The notes beneath the pieces are model-generated. The model searched no databases. It was not told the origin of the DNA and worked only from the letters and a program-made list of their open reading frames with translations. A DNA stretch of 64,000 nt. It comes from Nitrosopumilus sp. Its GTDB lineage: Archaea; Thermoproteota; Nitrososphaeria; Nitrososphaerales; Nitrosopumilaceae. The stretch covers positions 192,001-256,000 of the forward strand of contig CBDBLO010000002.1 in assembly GCA_965207075.1 (NCBI GenBank), given 5' to 3'. Every line of letters starts with the position of its first letter. Within the stretch, counting starts at the first letter, position 1. Both the position numbers and the translations under genes were made by a program. This document shows positions 17,621-28,066 of this stretch, in pieces.

Positions 17621-19006
17621 CTAGTTTACAGTCACCATAATCTGGGACGGCGGCGACAGCGCGCTGGGTCTTACAAGTGACTCCCACACGAACGCCGTGA
17701 CGTCGTACAGGCCTGCCGCCTCCGGCATCCATGATGTGGAGACGCTCAGTGACTGCCCGGCATCCATGTGCCCCGTCACCCATGACAGGGAGGAGACCGC
17801 GCCGCTCTCGGCGTCCTTGACCACTATGATGTACACGAACTGCTGCTTTCTCTCCTGCTGGTTTGTCAGCTTTGTCGATACCTGCACCTGCTGGCCCTCC
17901 GATATGGAGCTGCCCATGTCGGCGTTGAACCCGTCCGTAATCCTCAGCTCGGACGTCCTTACCCTGTCTAGCGGCGCCACCAGGGCCCCTATCTGCGACG
18001 CGGCCGTGACCGACTGCTCGTCTGCCTCACTGTACGGGTCAGGCAGCGTGTTGTCCTTGTAGCTTGCAGTTACAATGTCGCCCTCTGCCACCTTCAGCCG
18101 GTGCCCGGAGGACCGGTCGTCGGTGGTAAACGTTACGGCGCCCTCAAAGATCCCGGACGACTCGGACTTTTCGGTTACGACAAGCGAGATGCCCCCCGCA
18201 TCGGAGTCCGACCACACGTCGACCTCAAAGCTGTTGATTGCATTCGGATTCAGGTTCATGTCGGGATCAATCACCCTGACAGTCCCGGTTCCGGACGCCG
18301 GGTATGACCGCTCGGACCACTCTATCTGCCCTATGTTCCACCTTATCGGGGCGGTGTCCACTATGGTGTGGCCGTCGGTATACTCGAAGGAGACCGTGAT
18401 TGCGTCGTCGCTTCCGGCCTTGATGTGGCCGCTGGTTGGCCCGTTGCCGCCGGTCTCCCGCTGCGGGTTGTCAAACCCGCGCCCGCCCGCGCCCGTCCGC
18501 GAGTCGCCGTCCGCGTCGTGGTCAAAGCCGATCAGCGTGACCTCTCCGGTGAATATGCCAGTGTTCGGACCCGTCTCGACCAGCTTGTACCTTTCAAGCG
18601 TGCCCTCCCTGGTGGAGATCTTTATCGGGTCGTGCTCGGTATCGCCTATGGTGTCCACTGCCCTCGAGTCAAAGTTGTGGTCGGGCGCCACTATGGTTAT
18701 GTGGACCGTGTCGGTCCAGCTGAACACCTTTTTTCCAAACGAGACAAAGCCGCCATACTCGCCGTCGTGGGTGGCCGCAGAGGCGGACTGCACGTAGGCA
18801 TCATCATGGCCGTGCCCGGCCGGGGCCTGCAGGTACTGCCCCGCGTTCCGGTCCGCGCCGGGCGGTTCGAAGGGCAGGGACGGCGCCAGCAAAAGAAGCA
18901 GGGCCGCCGCGGCGAGGAACGGGGCCGCCGTCTTGGGCCGGACGCCGCGGCGCTCTTGCCGCCACCGCCCTAGTCCTGTGCAGCCGTGCAAGAGCCTCTC
19001 TGGCAT
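17621..19006 (-). CDS. Secreted surface/S-layer-like protein
   Basis: Hydrophobic leader, repeated ETGPNTGIFTG/EKSESSGIFEG beta domains, C-terminal AFVWESLVRPSALSP domain seen in thaumarchaeal surface proteins. Start uncertain. Confidence 0.7.
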   Translation of the reverse strand: MPERLLHGCTGLGRWRQERRGVRPKTAAPFLAAAALLLLLAPSLPFEPPGADRNAGQYLQAPAGHGHDDAYVQSASAATHDGEYGGFVSFGKKVFSWTDTVHITIVAPDHNFDSRAVDTIGDTEHDPIKISTREGTLERYKLVETGPNTGIFTGEVTLIGFDHDADGDSRTGAGGRGFDNPQRETGGNGPTSGHIKAGSDDAITVSFEYTDGHTIVDTAPIRWNIGQIEWSERSYPASGTGTVRVIDPDMNLNPNAINSFEVDVWSDSDAGGISLVVTEKSESSGIFEGAVTFTTDDRSSGHRLKVAEGDIVTASYKDNTLPDPYSEADEQSVTAASQIGALVAPLDRVRTSELRITDGFNADMGSSISEGQQVQVSTKLTNQQERKQQFVYIIVVKDAESGAVSSLSWVTGHMDAGQSLSVSTSWMPEAAGLYDVTAFVWESLVRPSALSPPSQIMVTVN

Positions 19007-19191
19007 GACATACCACTGATTACTAATCAAATAACCCTTTCATTGCGCGCAGTCTTTTGCCGTGCCGCATCTGCCGCACGGCAACGCTCCGTACCGCGTG
19101 ATGCTTGGGGGAAAAGGGAGGACACCTCTTGTACGGGACGCCCGCGTTCCGGGCAAGAAAGTTCATATACAATCCGAGGCTAGCGCGGGAC

Positions 19192-19389
19192 ATGGCATCA
19201 AGGGAGATTACGGTGGGCGTGGGCATCCCCATGATTGTGGTGGGCGCGCTCATGGCCTTTCTGTGGGCGCCGTTCGAGACGGACAGCTACCAGCCGCAGA
19301 TCGAGCTGGTGGGCAGCACCATAGGAATACTCGGAATCGCCTTTTTCATCGCGGGACTCTTCTACACAAAGGAGCCCGTCATGCACTGA
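19192..19389 (+). CDS. Small two-TM membrane protein
   Basis: Two hydrophobic helices; TATA-like element upstream. Confidence 0.65.
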   Translation: MASREITVGVGIPMIVVGALMAFLWAPFETDSYQPQIELVGSTIGILGIAFFIAGLFYTKEPVMH

Positions 19390-19424
19390 CTGAAATAAAT
19401 AATCACCAGTGCTAACACCGTTGC

Positions 19425-20183
19425 TTGAAGGTCAGACTATCTGAGGTATTTACGTCAGTCGAGGGCGAGGGCATCCTGTACGGCACCAAGACCCTCTTCG
19501 TGCGGCTGGCCGGATGCCCGTTTACGTGCTTTTACTGCGACACGCCCGAGTCCCTCCCGCTTGACTCTGGAACCGAGTATTCCATTGAGGAGGCCGCCGG
19601 GCTGATCGACGACTCGCTGCAGGATCACACGTACAAGGTCAACTTTACCGGGGGAGACCCGCTCATGCAGCACGAGGCCGTCGCGCTGCTTGCAGGACAC
19701 GTGCATGCTCACGCGCGCGGGGTGCTGACGTATCTGGAGTCGTCGTGCTTTGATGCGGAACGCTTTGCGCACGTGCTGCCGCACATCGACGTTGCAAAGG
19801 TCGAGTTCAAGACGACCGACTCTGAGTTTGTCGACGCCGGACACCATGACAGGATGACGGGGCAGGCCCTCCTGTGCCTTGAGCGTGCAGTCTCCGCCCG
19901 CAAGACCACGTACGTCAAGATCGTGGTCAGTTCAAGGACCGCCGTGCAGGAGATACTAGGTTTGGCGTCTGCCATACGTGACGTCCTGCAGAGGGGCCGG
20001 GAGTCGTCGGGGCGGCAGGAGGACGGCCGTGACGGCGCCATGTCGGGGTTCGTAATACAGCCCGCATACGGCCGTGACGAGCCGCCGCTTGGCCTCCTGC
20101 TGTCAATGTATGACGCGGTGCGCCCCATCCACCCCGATGTCCGCGTGGTTCCACAGCTTCACAAGCTGATCGGGGCCCCCTGA
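19425..20183 (+). CDS. queE: 7-carboxy-7-deazaguanine synthase (radical SAM)
   Basis: EVFTSVEGEG, FVRLAGCPFTCFYCDT, TGGDPL, PQLHKLIG. Confidence 0.92.
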   Translation: MKVRLSEVFTSVEGEGILYGTKTLFVRLAGCPFTCFYCDTPESLPLDSGTEYSIEEAAGLIDDSLQDHTYKVNFTGGDPLMQHEAVALLAGHVHAHARGVLTYLESSCFDAERFAHVLPHIDVAKVEFKTTDSEFVDAGHHDRMTGQALLCLERAVSARKTTYVKIVVSSRTAVQEILGLASAIRDVLQRGRESSGRQEDGRDGAMSGFVIQPAYGRDEPPLGLLLSMYDAVRPIHPDVRVVPQLHKLIGAP

Positions 20184-20248
20184 GGCGGCGGCAGGCCGCA
20201 AACTAAGTACATATACACCCGCATCCGTTCCAGATCAGGCTGCAGGGA

Positions 20249-20809
20249 ATGGACGAGGAACGCGTAAGAAAGCTGATCAGGGAGATCATCATAGAACTCG
20301 GCGAGGATCCCACGCGGGAGGGCCTGCGCGAGACGCCGACAAGAATAGCCAGCATGTACAGGGAGATATTCGGCGGGTACGAGTCGGACTCGGAGCTCTC
20401 CGTGCAGTTCTCAGAGGACTCCGACACGGTGGTGGCCTGCGACATACAGTTCTATTCCATGTGCGAGCACCACATGCTTCCGTTCTACGGCAAGATACAC
20501 ATAGCCTACTCCCCAAACGGCAGGGTCTTTGGCATATCAAAACTCGTCAGGCTCGTCGAGAAATACTCCAAGAGGCTCCAGATACAGGAGCGCCTGACCA
20601 AGGACATCGCCGATGAGCTGTACTCCCAAGGCGTCCGCGGCGTCGCCGTCGTGGCCGACGCGGAGCACCTGTGCATGAAGATGCGCGGCGTCCGGAACGA
20701 CGCGCTGCTGACGTCGTCCGCGTTCCGCGGCATATACGCGGCAAAGGGCGAGAGGGAGGGGGTAATAACCCTCATACGCAGAAAGGCGCCAGAGCGGCAC
20801 CAGTTCTGA
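20249..20809 (+). CDS. folE: GTP cyclohydrolase I
   Basis: SMCEHHMLPF, GISKLVR, RLQIQERLT, HLCMKMRG. Confidence 0.95.
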   Translation: MDEERVRKLIREIIIELGEDPTREGLRETPTRIASMYREIFGGYESDSELSVQFSEDSDTVVACDIQFYSMCEHHMLPFYGKIHIAYSPNGRVFGISKLVRLVEKYSKRLQIQERLTKDIADELYSQGVRGVAVVADAEHLCMKMRGVRNDALLTSSAFRGIYAAKGEREGVITLIRRKAPERHQF

Positions 20810-20913
20810 GCGCGCCGCGGCTACGGCGCCCTGATGGCGGGGGCAGACAACTGATATCGCCTTGCAAGACCTACACGTGCGGCTTGTACCACAAGGCCGC
20901 CGGGCCGAAGAAG

Positions 20914-21879
20914 CTAGGCCGGTTCGGCCCGCGCGAGCTCGGACTCTACCCTCTTTTCGGCCGCCGCCGCGTACTCACTGTTGATGTCAACTGATACAAA
21001 GTGCCTGTTTGTCCGTATGGCGGCCACTGCCGCCGTCCCGGATCCGCCGAACGGGTCTAGCACGACGTCCCCCTCGAAGGTGTAGAGCTGTATGCACCGG
21101 CGCGGCAGCTCCACCGGGAACGGCGCCGGGTGGTTCACCTTTTTTGCCCTCTCGGGGCCAAAGCTCCACACGCTCTTCGTATATTCCAGAAACTCGTCCC
21201 TCGTTATCGTGCTTTTTCTCTTGCCGTCCCCGCGCCTGTCAAACCTTCCCTTGGAGAATATCAGTATGTACTCGTGCGTGTCACGCAGGGTCGGATTGCT
21301 TGCCGACATCCAGCTGCCCCACGCGGTGGACGTCCCGGCCCCCCTGCCCTTGTCCCAGATGACCTCGCCGCGCATGAGAAACTGGTTTTTTAGCATCAGC
21401 GTTATGATGTGCGAGTGGAGCGGGACGTACGGCCTGCGCCCCACGTTTGCAATGTTGACGCACGCCCTTCCGCCCAGCACCAGCACCCTGTACGTCTCGG
21501 CAAACACGCGGTCAAGCATCCCGAGGTACTGGTCCATGTCCATGTCGGCGTCATAGTCCTTGCCCACGTTGTAGGGCGGGGACGTCACCATGAGGTGCAC
21601 GCTTGAGTCCGGAATTTTTGTTAGGCTGGTGCTGTCGCCGCACATGACCGTGTCCCTGCACGCGCCGATGTCGTTCTCACGCGCCGCCTGGGCGCCGCCG
21701 TTGCCGCCATCGCCAGCACTGCCGCCCCCGCCTGAGAACATCCTCCTTGCGTAAAACCCCCCAGAGTCGTGGTTTACCCTCTCCGTTCCGCCAAAGCCCC
21801 TCATCGCGGTCTTTCTTGGCGGGCGCCCCTTGCCCTTCCTCCCCGCTGCTGCTGTCGTCCGCTGTCTGTCACCTGGCAT
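20914..21879 (-). CDS. Orphan site-specific DNA methyltransferase (beta class, N4-C/N6-A)
   Basis: TSPPY precedes VLDPFGGSGT; HPAPFPVELP. Confidence 0.92.
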   Translation of the reverse strand: MPGDRQRTTAAAGRKGKGRPPRKTAMRGFGGTERVNHDSGGFYARRMFSGGGGSAGDGGNGGAQAARENDIGACRDTVMCGDSTSLTKIPDSSVHLMVTSPPYNVGKDYDADMDMDQYLGMLDRVFAETYRVLVLGGRACVNIANVGRRPYVPLHSHIITLMLKNQFLMRGEVIWDKGRGAGTSTAWGSWMSASNPTLRDTHEYILIFSKGRFDRRGDGKRKSTITRDEFLEYTKSVWSFGPERAKKVNHPAPFPVELPRRCIQLYTFEGDVVLDPFGGSGTAAVAAIRTNRHFVSVDINSEYAAAAEKRVESELARAEPA

Positions 21880-22005
21880 GTCAACTGTCTCCGGCCATCA
21901 TCTTGTCGCCCCGGGCCTTAATGTACTCTCTTCGCCGCCGCCTGCCAGGGCACGTCCCCCCGTCTGAAACTTAATCATTAAATAATCAGGCCAGGGAGCA
22001 CCCCC

Positions 22006-22257
22006 ATGACCCTGCCTCCAAGTGCGCACGTACCCCGCGAGTCGTGGCCGAACTGGATATGGTACTCGATTGAGTTTGGCATAGTGCTGGCGGCCTCCAT
22101 GCTGGTGTCCCGCGAGATCACCGACTCCGTCGAGGAGCTGGCGCCCGACGTACAGAACTACCTCTTCATGGGGATAGTGGGCCTGATATTCCTGGCCTGG
22201 TATATCGGGATAAGGGGGCTCGTGCTCAAAAAGAAGATCCTGCGGAACACCTACTAG
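22006..22257 (+). CDS. Small two-TM membrane protein
   Basis: Two hydrophobic helices and a basic tail. Confidence 0.7.
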   Translation: MTLPPSAHVPRESWPNWIWYSIEFGIVLAASMLVSREITDSVEELAPDVQNYLFMGIVGLIFLAWYIGIRGLVLKKKILRNTY

Positions 22258-22294
22258 GGATACGCCCCTCCCGTCGTCCCTTCCGCCATGTGAG

Positions 22295-23047
22295 TTAGCT
22301 GCCTTGGTACGCCGTCTTGTCCGCGATGCCGGCGTCCGCAAAGGCGCGCCTGCGGTTCATGCAGGACTCGCACCTGCCGCACTGCCGCCTTCTGCCCGCG
22401 TAGCAGCTCCACGTCTCGTATATGCGGTCCCCGAGCGCGTCGGCCCCCAGCCTTACCAGTTCCCTCTTCCCAATCCCCGCCGAATACGGGGACCATATCT
22501 CTATCTCGCGCCGCACGCCCAGCCTTATCCCGTCCGACTCGCCGGCGTTGAACGCGGCCTGGAGCCTTCGGGCAAACGGGGGCCTGCAGTCCGGATAGTG
22601 CGCGTCGCCGGTATGGGCTCCGTACGCGACGCGCGTAGCCCCGACCGAGAACGCCCACGCGGACGCGATCGAGAGAAAGACCGCGTTTCTGATCGGCACC
22701 ACGATAGAGTACTCGAAGGAGCCCGGCAGCTTGCTCTTTGAGCTCGTCAGGACGTTCGAGTCGCCGTACAGCCCCCTCATAAAGCCGATGTCGACTATCC
22801 TGTGCCGCTTGAGCCGCAGCCTCCTTGCCAGCCTCCTGGCCGCGTCCAGCTCGGGGCCCGCCCTCTGGCCGTACGAGAACGTTATGCCGTACACCTCGTC
22901 GTACTCGGCCGCCTGCATCGAGGCCACACACGTCGAGTCGATCCCGCCGCTGAACACCACGACAGCCCTTCTTGGCGGGTGGCCCTTGGTACCGCCACTC
23001 CCCTTCTGGGCGCCCGCGCCCCTCTTTTTCGCCTTCACGCGCACCAC
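22295..23047 (-). CDS. queC: 7-cyano-7-deazaguanine synthase
   Basis: FSGGIDS, YGQR, VPIRN, YPDCR, TWSCY...CGRCESC. Start approximate. Confidence 0.93.
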   Translation of the reverse strand: MVRVKAKKRGAGAQKGSGGTKGHPPRRAVVVFSGGIDSTCVASMQAAEYDEVYGITFSYGQRAGPELDAARRLARRLRLKRHRIVDIGFMRGLYGDSNVLTSSKSKLPGSFEYSIVVPIRNAVFLSIASAWAFSVGATRVAYGAHTGDAHYPDCRPPFARRLQAAFNAGESDGIRLGVRREIEIWSPYSAGIGKRELVRLGADALGDRIYETWSCYAGRRRQCGRCESCMNRRRAFADAGIADKTAYQGS

Positions 23048-23055
23048 GCCGCCAC

Positions 23056-24075
23056 CTAGGACACTATCCTCGCCCTTCCTGCGGGCCTGCAGACAACGGT
23101 CCTGCACGGGACGCCCGCGGACCTGAACCCGGCCGACATCGCGGCCGTTATCTTCTGCTGCGTCCTGGGCGCGCCGGTCGTTATCGATATGACGGAGGGG
23201 CCCGCCCCGCTTATCATCACCTCCTTTGCGCCCGCCCCGAGCGCGGCCTCCCTGACGCGGTCAAAGCCCGGTATCATGTGCTTTCTTGCGGGCTCCGCTA
23301 TCGCGTCCGCCGTGATCCCGGAGCCGAGCATGCTGTTGTCCCCCGTCGCCAGGGACGCCGCAAGCAGCGCCGCGTTTGCCGTGTTGATTGCGCTGTCCCC
23401 GAGCGGCACCTTCCTGGGGAGCACTCCCCTTGAGACGGCCGTCTTTTTGTCCGGGACCCTTATTGTGGGGATTGCCACACAAAACCGCAGCCTCGGGGAC
23501 GGCCTGAATCCGGCCAGCGCCATGGGACTGCCGGGCCTGACCACCACGAACCCGCCCATGACCGAGGCCGCCACGTTGTCGTAGTGTACGGTGCCCGCGC
23601 TCGCCCTCTCGCCCTCGCCGGCCGCGGCCACGAGCTCGGCAGGGGACAAACCCAGGCCGAACAGGCTGTCGCACGCGACCGCGGCGGCCGCGGCCGACGT
23701 CGCGCTGCTTCCAAGCCCCAGCCCCGTGGGGACGCCCTTCCTGATTGCTATCTTGATGTCGTCGGTTATGCCGCGCCCCCTGAGCATGTGCCTTGCCACC
23801 AGCCCCGCCGTGTTCGAGTCGGGGTCCGCAGGCGGCAGGACCGCGCCCCTGCCTTGGCCCCCCCTCCTGGAGCCCGTGCTTGTAATGGATATCCTGCCTG
23901 CCCCCGAGTTCCGCCCCGCTATGGATACTGAGACCTCGTCGTAAAACGCGTCGAGCGCAAGCCCGAACGCGTCAAAGCCGGGGCCCAGGTTTGCCGAGCT
24001 GCAGTACGCCCTCGCCTTCTTCCGCGTCCCCTTCGCGGCGCGCGGGGCCCTTGTGGTGGCGCCCAAGCCGTTCAC
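23056..24075 (-). CDS. thrB: Homoserine kinase
   Basis: SSANLGPGFD, GLGLGSSA, HYDNVAA, ISGAGPS. Confidence 0.93.
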   Translation of the reverse strand: MNGLGATTRAPRAAKGTRKKARAYCSSANLGPGFDAFGLALDAFYDEVSVSIAGRNSGAGRISITSTGSRRGGQGRGAVLPPADPDSNTAGLVARHMLRGRGITDDIKIAIRKGVPTGLGLGSSATSAAAAAVACDSLFGLGLSPAELVAAAGEGERASAGTVHYDNVAASVMGGFVVVRPGSPMALAGFRPSPRLRFCVAIPTIRVPDKKTAVSRGVLPRKVPLGDSAINTANAALLAASLATGDNSMLGSGITADAIAEPARKHMIPGFDRVREAALGAGAKEVMISGAGPSVISITTGAPRTQQKITAAMSAGFRSAGVPCRTVVCRPAGRARIVS

Positions 24076-24141
24076 CTCTCCGCCGCCGCCGCCGCCGCCC
24101 CGCCGCGTGCCGGAGGCCGTGACCTTGCTGCCGCTATCATG

Positions 24142-24900
24142 TCAGTCCTCCACCTCCTCTCCTCTGTTAAGTATTCTGCTGAGCGCCCCCTCCAGGGTTA
24201 CCAGCCCGTCGCCGGTCACGTTAGACACCGGGACAAGCCCCTGCGCAAACCCGCCTATGTTGAGCCCGCGCAGTATGCTGCTGGTAAGCGTGTACGTCTC
24301 GCCGTCGGACTCGGCCGCGACCGCGTCCTCAAGAGAGCTGAGGCTGGAGGACCACCTGAGTATCTCCCTGATCTTTGGGCCTATCAGGTCCGTCTTGGTG
24401 ACCGCGTTTATGGCGGGCAGCCCGAGCCGCAGCCTTATGGAGGTGGAGAGCAGGGCTATTGACACAAAGTTGACCGGCGTGGTGATCAGGGCGCCGTCAA
24501 ACAAAAAGATGCTAGTCTTCTCCCCCGCCGATATGTTGTCGACCACGTACCCCCCGCTTGAGCGGTACGCGAACAGCTCGACTTGGCCCGGCGTGTCCAC
24601 TATGAGATAGTCCGGGTTCACGTCGTCGACCTGCGCCCGTATGTCGTCCACCTTGGAGGCTATCAGGTCGCTTGCCATTATCAGCGAGCCGTTGGGCCCC
24701 AGGTCGTACTGCCGCATTATGGACACCAGGTCGACGTGGTCCCTGACGTCTATGTCGCACGCGTAGGGCAGGCTCTCGACGCCCGCGTCCAGGTTCAGGA
24801 TGGCCGCAAACGCGCCGTTTCTCGTATAGTATTCGTGCAGCTTCGAGGTGAGGAGGGACTTGCCGCTTCCGGCGGTCCCGGATATAAAGACGGACTTCAA
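24142..24900 (-). CDS. GPN-loop GTPase
   Basis: GTAGSGKS, LGPNG, DTPGQVE, TKTD. Confidence 0.92.
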   Translation of the reverse strand: MKSVFISGTAGSGKSLLTSKLHEYYTRNGAFAAILNLDAGVESLPYACDIDVRDHVDLVSIMRQYDLGPNGSLIMASDLIASKVDDIRAQVDDVNPDYLIVDTPGQVELFAYRSSGGYVVDNISAGEKTSIFLFDGALITTPVNFVSIALLSTSIRLRLGLPAINAVTKTDLIGPKIREILRWSSSLSSLEDAVAAESDGETYTLTSSILRGLNIGGFAQGLVPVSNVTGDGLVTLEGALSRILNRGEEVED

Positions 24901-25003
24901 CTGGACGGCCGTGCCTGCCGCCCTTTATTCAAAGCTTGCAGGGCCGCCGCCCGTGCCTGCGTAATAATTTAGTTCATATTTTCCATTTCTGGGGTTTTTT
25001 GCA

Positions 25004-26050
25004 ATGAACTGGAGGCTGGCAGTGGTGCCCGTTACGCTCATACCCATAGTCATCATCGCCGTCCAGTTCGACATAGAGCTGGACGACGTCCTCGCGATAG
25101 GGATAGTGCCGTTTGTGGGGGCGGTGGCGGCCATGATGGCAAAGCTCGGGCTGCAGGGGATAAAATTCGCGTACATCACGCGCAGGTACCTTGCAGGGTT
25201 TGACTCCGTGCTGAGGCTGACCGGCGTCAGGGTCGGCTCCGAGTTCATAAAGTTCACCACCCCGATGTTCGTGGGCGCCGAGTTCATCGTGATATACTAC
25301 CTGCACAAGAAGGGCGTAAAGCCCTCAAAGTCGACCTGGATTGCCATCATGGACATAGTAACGGAGGTGCTGGCGGGGGGGCTGCTCTCCATCGCGGCCG
25401 GCATCATAGCGCTCGCAAGCGGGGCGTACCTAGTGGCGGCCGTCGTGCTTGGCACCAGCATATTCGTGACCACGCTGTGGATGGTGCTGTTCCTGCTCTC
25501 ATCCAAGCGCACGTTCCAGGTGCCGCGCGTCCTGGCGTCGCTCTCGGTCAGACTCGGCAAGGAGAAGGCGGCCAAGTACGTCAAGGAGACCAACACCTGG
25601 ATGGAGGAGATCTGCAGTATGAGCAGGCAGCACCTCAGGACGCCGAAGGCAAAGAAGGTGTTTGTCGTGTCGTTTCTGATCTCGCTTGCGTCGTGGTCGT
25701 TTTACGGCATATCCTTCATGATAATAGCGCTGGGGCCGGGCTATGTAATCGGGGCGTTTGAGTCGATAATGGCCGTGATGGCGGCAAACGCGATAGGAAA
25801 CCTGCCGATTACGGTGGGCGGCTCCGGCCTGGCAGAGTTTGGGATAGTGGCGTACCTGTACAACCTGGACCCGTTCAACCTGCAGGCGGGCGCCGGGACG
25901 GACACCCTGGCGTGGGACGCCGTCATCGGGTGGCGCATCGCCACGTATTACGTGCCGATTGTGATCACCTGGCTGCTGCTAGTCAAGCTGGCGCTCAGCC
26001 GCGTGCCCCGCAACCAGCAGGCGGCCGCAGGCGGCCCCGGCGGAGACTAG
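25004..26050 (+). CDS. Flippase-like membrane protein (lysylphosphatidylglycerol synthase TM/UPF0104 family)
   Basis: Multi-TM; PITVGGSGLAE and WRIATYY motifs. Confidence 0.8.
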   Translation: MNWRLAVVPVTLIPIVIIAVQFDIELDDVLAIGIVPFVGAVAAMMAKLGLQGIKFAYITRRYLAGFDSVLRLTGVRVGSEFIKFTTPMFVGAEFIVIYYLHKKGVKPSKSTWIAIMDIVTEVLAGGLLSIAAGIIALASGAYLVAAVVLGTSIFVTTLWMVLFLLSSKRTFQVPRVLASLSVRLGKEKAAKYVKETNTWMEEICSMSRQHLRTPKAKKVFVVSFLISLASWSFYGISFMIIALGPGYVIGAFESIMAVMAANAIGNLPITVGGSGLAEFGIVAYLYNLDPFNLQAGAGTDTLAWDAVIGWRIATYYVPIVITWLLLVKLALSRVPRNQQAAAGGPGGD

Positions 26051-26138
26051 GGCCCTGTGCCCCTCTGCCTGCCGCGTGGCGGGCCTGCGGCGCCGCCGCC
26101 GGAGAATACTTTAATTGAAAATGACGCGCCGTTACGCG

Positions 26139-26744
26139 ATGTCCGACGCGCCAGCAAGCGATCCCGGCGGCGGGAGGGACGAGCTCGTCGCGATGCTGCA
26201 AAGGACGGGGGCCCTGAGGCTCTCTGACAGGAGGGAGTTCAGGCTGGCATCGGGCGAGATGTCGGACCACTATTTTGATCTCAGGCTGCTGTGCGGCGAT
26301 CCGGACGGCATAGGCGCCGTGTCCGCGGCCCTGTATGACATGATGGTGCGGACGGGCGCGCCGCGGTCGGTGGGCGGCATAGAGTCCGGCTCCATCTCGA
26401 TTGCCGCGGCCATATCGCACCTGAGCGGGCAGCTCCACAGGCGGGATCCGTCGTCGCCGTCGCTGCCGTCCTTTTTCGTAAGGAAGGGCCGCAAGGGGCA
26501 CGGGACGCAGAAGATGATAGAGGGCGTGATAGAGTCGCCTGCAGTCGTGGTGGAGGACGTGGTTACAAGCGGCGGCTCGGCACTCAGGGCGGTAGACATA
26601 ATCCGCGACGCGGGGTACGAGTGCGACCATCTGATGTGCGTGGTGTTCCGGGGATCCGACGCGCAGCAAAAAGAGATAGAAAAGTCCGTGAAGATTCGGT
26701 ACCTGCTCAGATCCGACTACATACTAGGGCGCCTCCGTGCATGA
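26139..26744 (+). CDS. pyrE: Orotate phosphoribosyltransferase
   Basis: FRLASG..SDHYFD, RKGRKGHG, VVEDVVTSGGS. Confidence 0.88.
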   Translation: MSDAPASDPGGGRDELVAMLQRTGALRLSDRREFRLASGEMSDHYFDLRLLCGDPDGIGAVSAALYDMMVRTGAPRSVGGIESGSISIAAAISHLSGQLHRRDPSSPSLPSFFVRKGRKGHGTQKMIEGVIESPAVVVEDVVTSGGSALRAVDIIRDAGYECDHLMCVVFRGSDAQQKEIEKSVKIRYLLRSDYILGRLRA

Positions 26745-26842
26745 ACCGCCGTTCCCCTGCGGCGCGGCGTCACGTGCAAGGAGGCGCCGCAAGGGCCGCC
26801 GCGTGAGAGACGCACCGCCGGCAAAACCACTTTATCCCCGCC

Positions 26843-27646
26843 ATGTATTACGACATTGTGGATTTCACCGGCAAGACGGTCCTTGTCACTGGCGCCTCAT
26901 CCGGGATAGGCAGGGAGTCCGCGATACAGTTTGCGCGCGGGGGCGCCGACCTGGCCCTGGTGGCAAGGAGAAAGGACATGCTCGATGCCTCCGCGTCCTC
27001 GCTCGAATCCAGATACGGCGTCCGCGCCAAGGCATACCAGTGCGACGTGTCGCAAAGGGAACAGGTCTCGCGCATGACCCGCCTGGCTCTCGACGAGTTC
27101 GCTGATATCGACGTTCTGGTGAACAACGCGGGCTTTGCGATCAGCGGGGCCGTGTCCGCGCTGTCAGTCGAGGACATCGAGTCGCAGATGCAGACCAACT
27201 ACCTTGGGATGGTATACTGCACGAAGGGGCTGCTGCCCCGCATGCTCGAGAGGGGCTCTGGACACATCGTCAACGTGGCATCGGTTGCCGCGAGCTTTGG
27301 GCTGCCCGGCATCGCGCCGTACTGCGCCTCCAAGTCTGCGATGCTGGGGTTCTCCGAGGGGCTGAAGCACGAGCTGCGGGGGACCGGCGTGGGCGTAACG
27401 GTGGTCAGCCCCATAATGGTCAGGACCGAGTTCTTTGATCATCCGTGCTTTGAGAACGTGCCGCGCAGCCCGGCCGCCTCACTGGGCCCCGGCACCGTCG
27501 CCAAGGCCGTGCTGCAGGCCGCAGGCTCGCCAAGGCTCGAGATCATAGTGCCGCCGCCCGTCCGCGCCGCGGTGTGGCTCAAGCACACGTTTCCGTTCGT
27601 GATAAACCCCATACTTGGAAGGGCGTTCAAAAAATACATGCGCTAG
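26843..27646 (+). CDS. Short-chain dehydrogenase/reductase
   Basis: TGASSGIG, NNAG, YCASK. Confidence 0.92.
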   Translation: MYYDIVDFTGKTVLVTGASSGIGRESAIQFARGGADLALVARRKDMLDASASSLESRYGVRAKAYQCDVSQREQVSRMTRLALDEFADIDVLVNNAGFAISGAVSALSVEDIESQMQTNYLGMVYCTKGLLPRMLERGSGHIVNVASVAASFGLPGIAPYCASKSAMLGFSEGLKHELRGTGVGVTVVSPIMVRTEFFDHPCFENVPRSPAASLGPGTVAKAVLQAAGSPRLEIIVPPPVRAAVWLKHTFPFVINPILGRAFKKYMR

Positions 27647-27694
27647 CAGCGCGCCGCCTGTCCGTCGTGTCTCCCCCCTGTCCGTCGCCGCCGC

Positions 27695-28066
27695 CTAGTC
27701 GCCGGCCGCCCCGCCCGCGTCGACTGCCTCCAGCGACTGCAGCCCGAACCTGTAGATTGCGTCCATCTCTATGCCCTTTTCATTCAGCAGGTACTCGACT
27801 GTCTTTTTGCCAAGCGGAGCCTTGTGCTGCTCAAATACAAAGCAGTACACCGTGCCCTTCTCCAGGGTCTTCGTATCGGTGCCAGCAGGCACGTCCATCG
27901 TAATGATGTGCCTTCCGTCCTCCACCGGCTCGTACAGCTGCACGTCGGCCTTGTTGTCCTTGTCATACAGCTCCAGTATGACCCCCGTCCCATCCATCCT
28001 TCTGGCGTCCGTAAACTCGGCATTCTCGATGTCGCTGACCACCCAGTCAGGAAGCTCGTCTGGCAT
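27695..28066 (-). CDS. Hypothetical protein
   Basis: ATG overlaps the upstream stop (TAATG); composition is protein-like. Confidence 0.7.
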   Translation of the reverse strand: MPDELPDWVVSDIENAEFTDARRMDGTGVILELYDKDNKADVQLYEPVEDGRHIITMDVPAGTDTKTLEKGTVYCFVFEQHKAPLGKKTVEYLLNEKGIEMDAIYRFGLQSLEAVDAGGAAGD

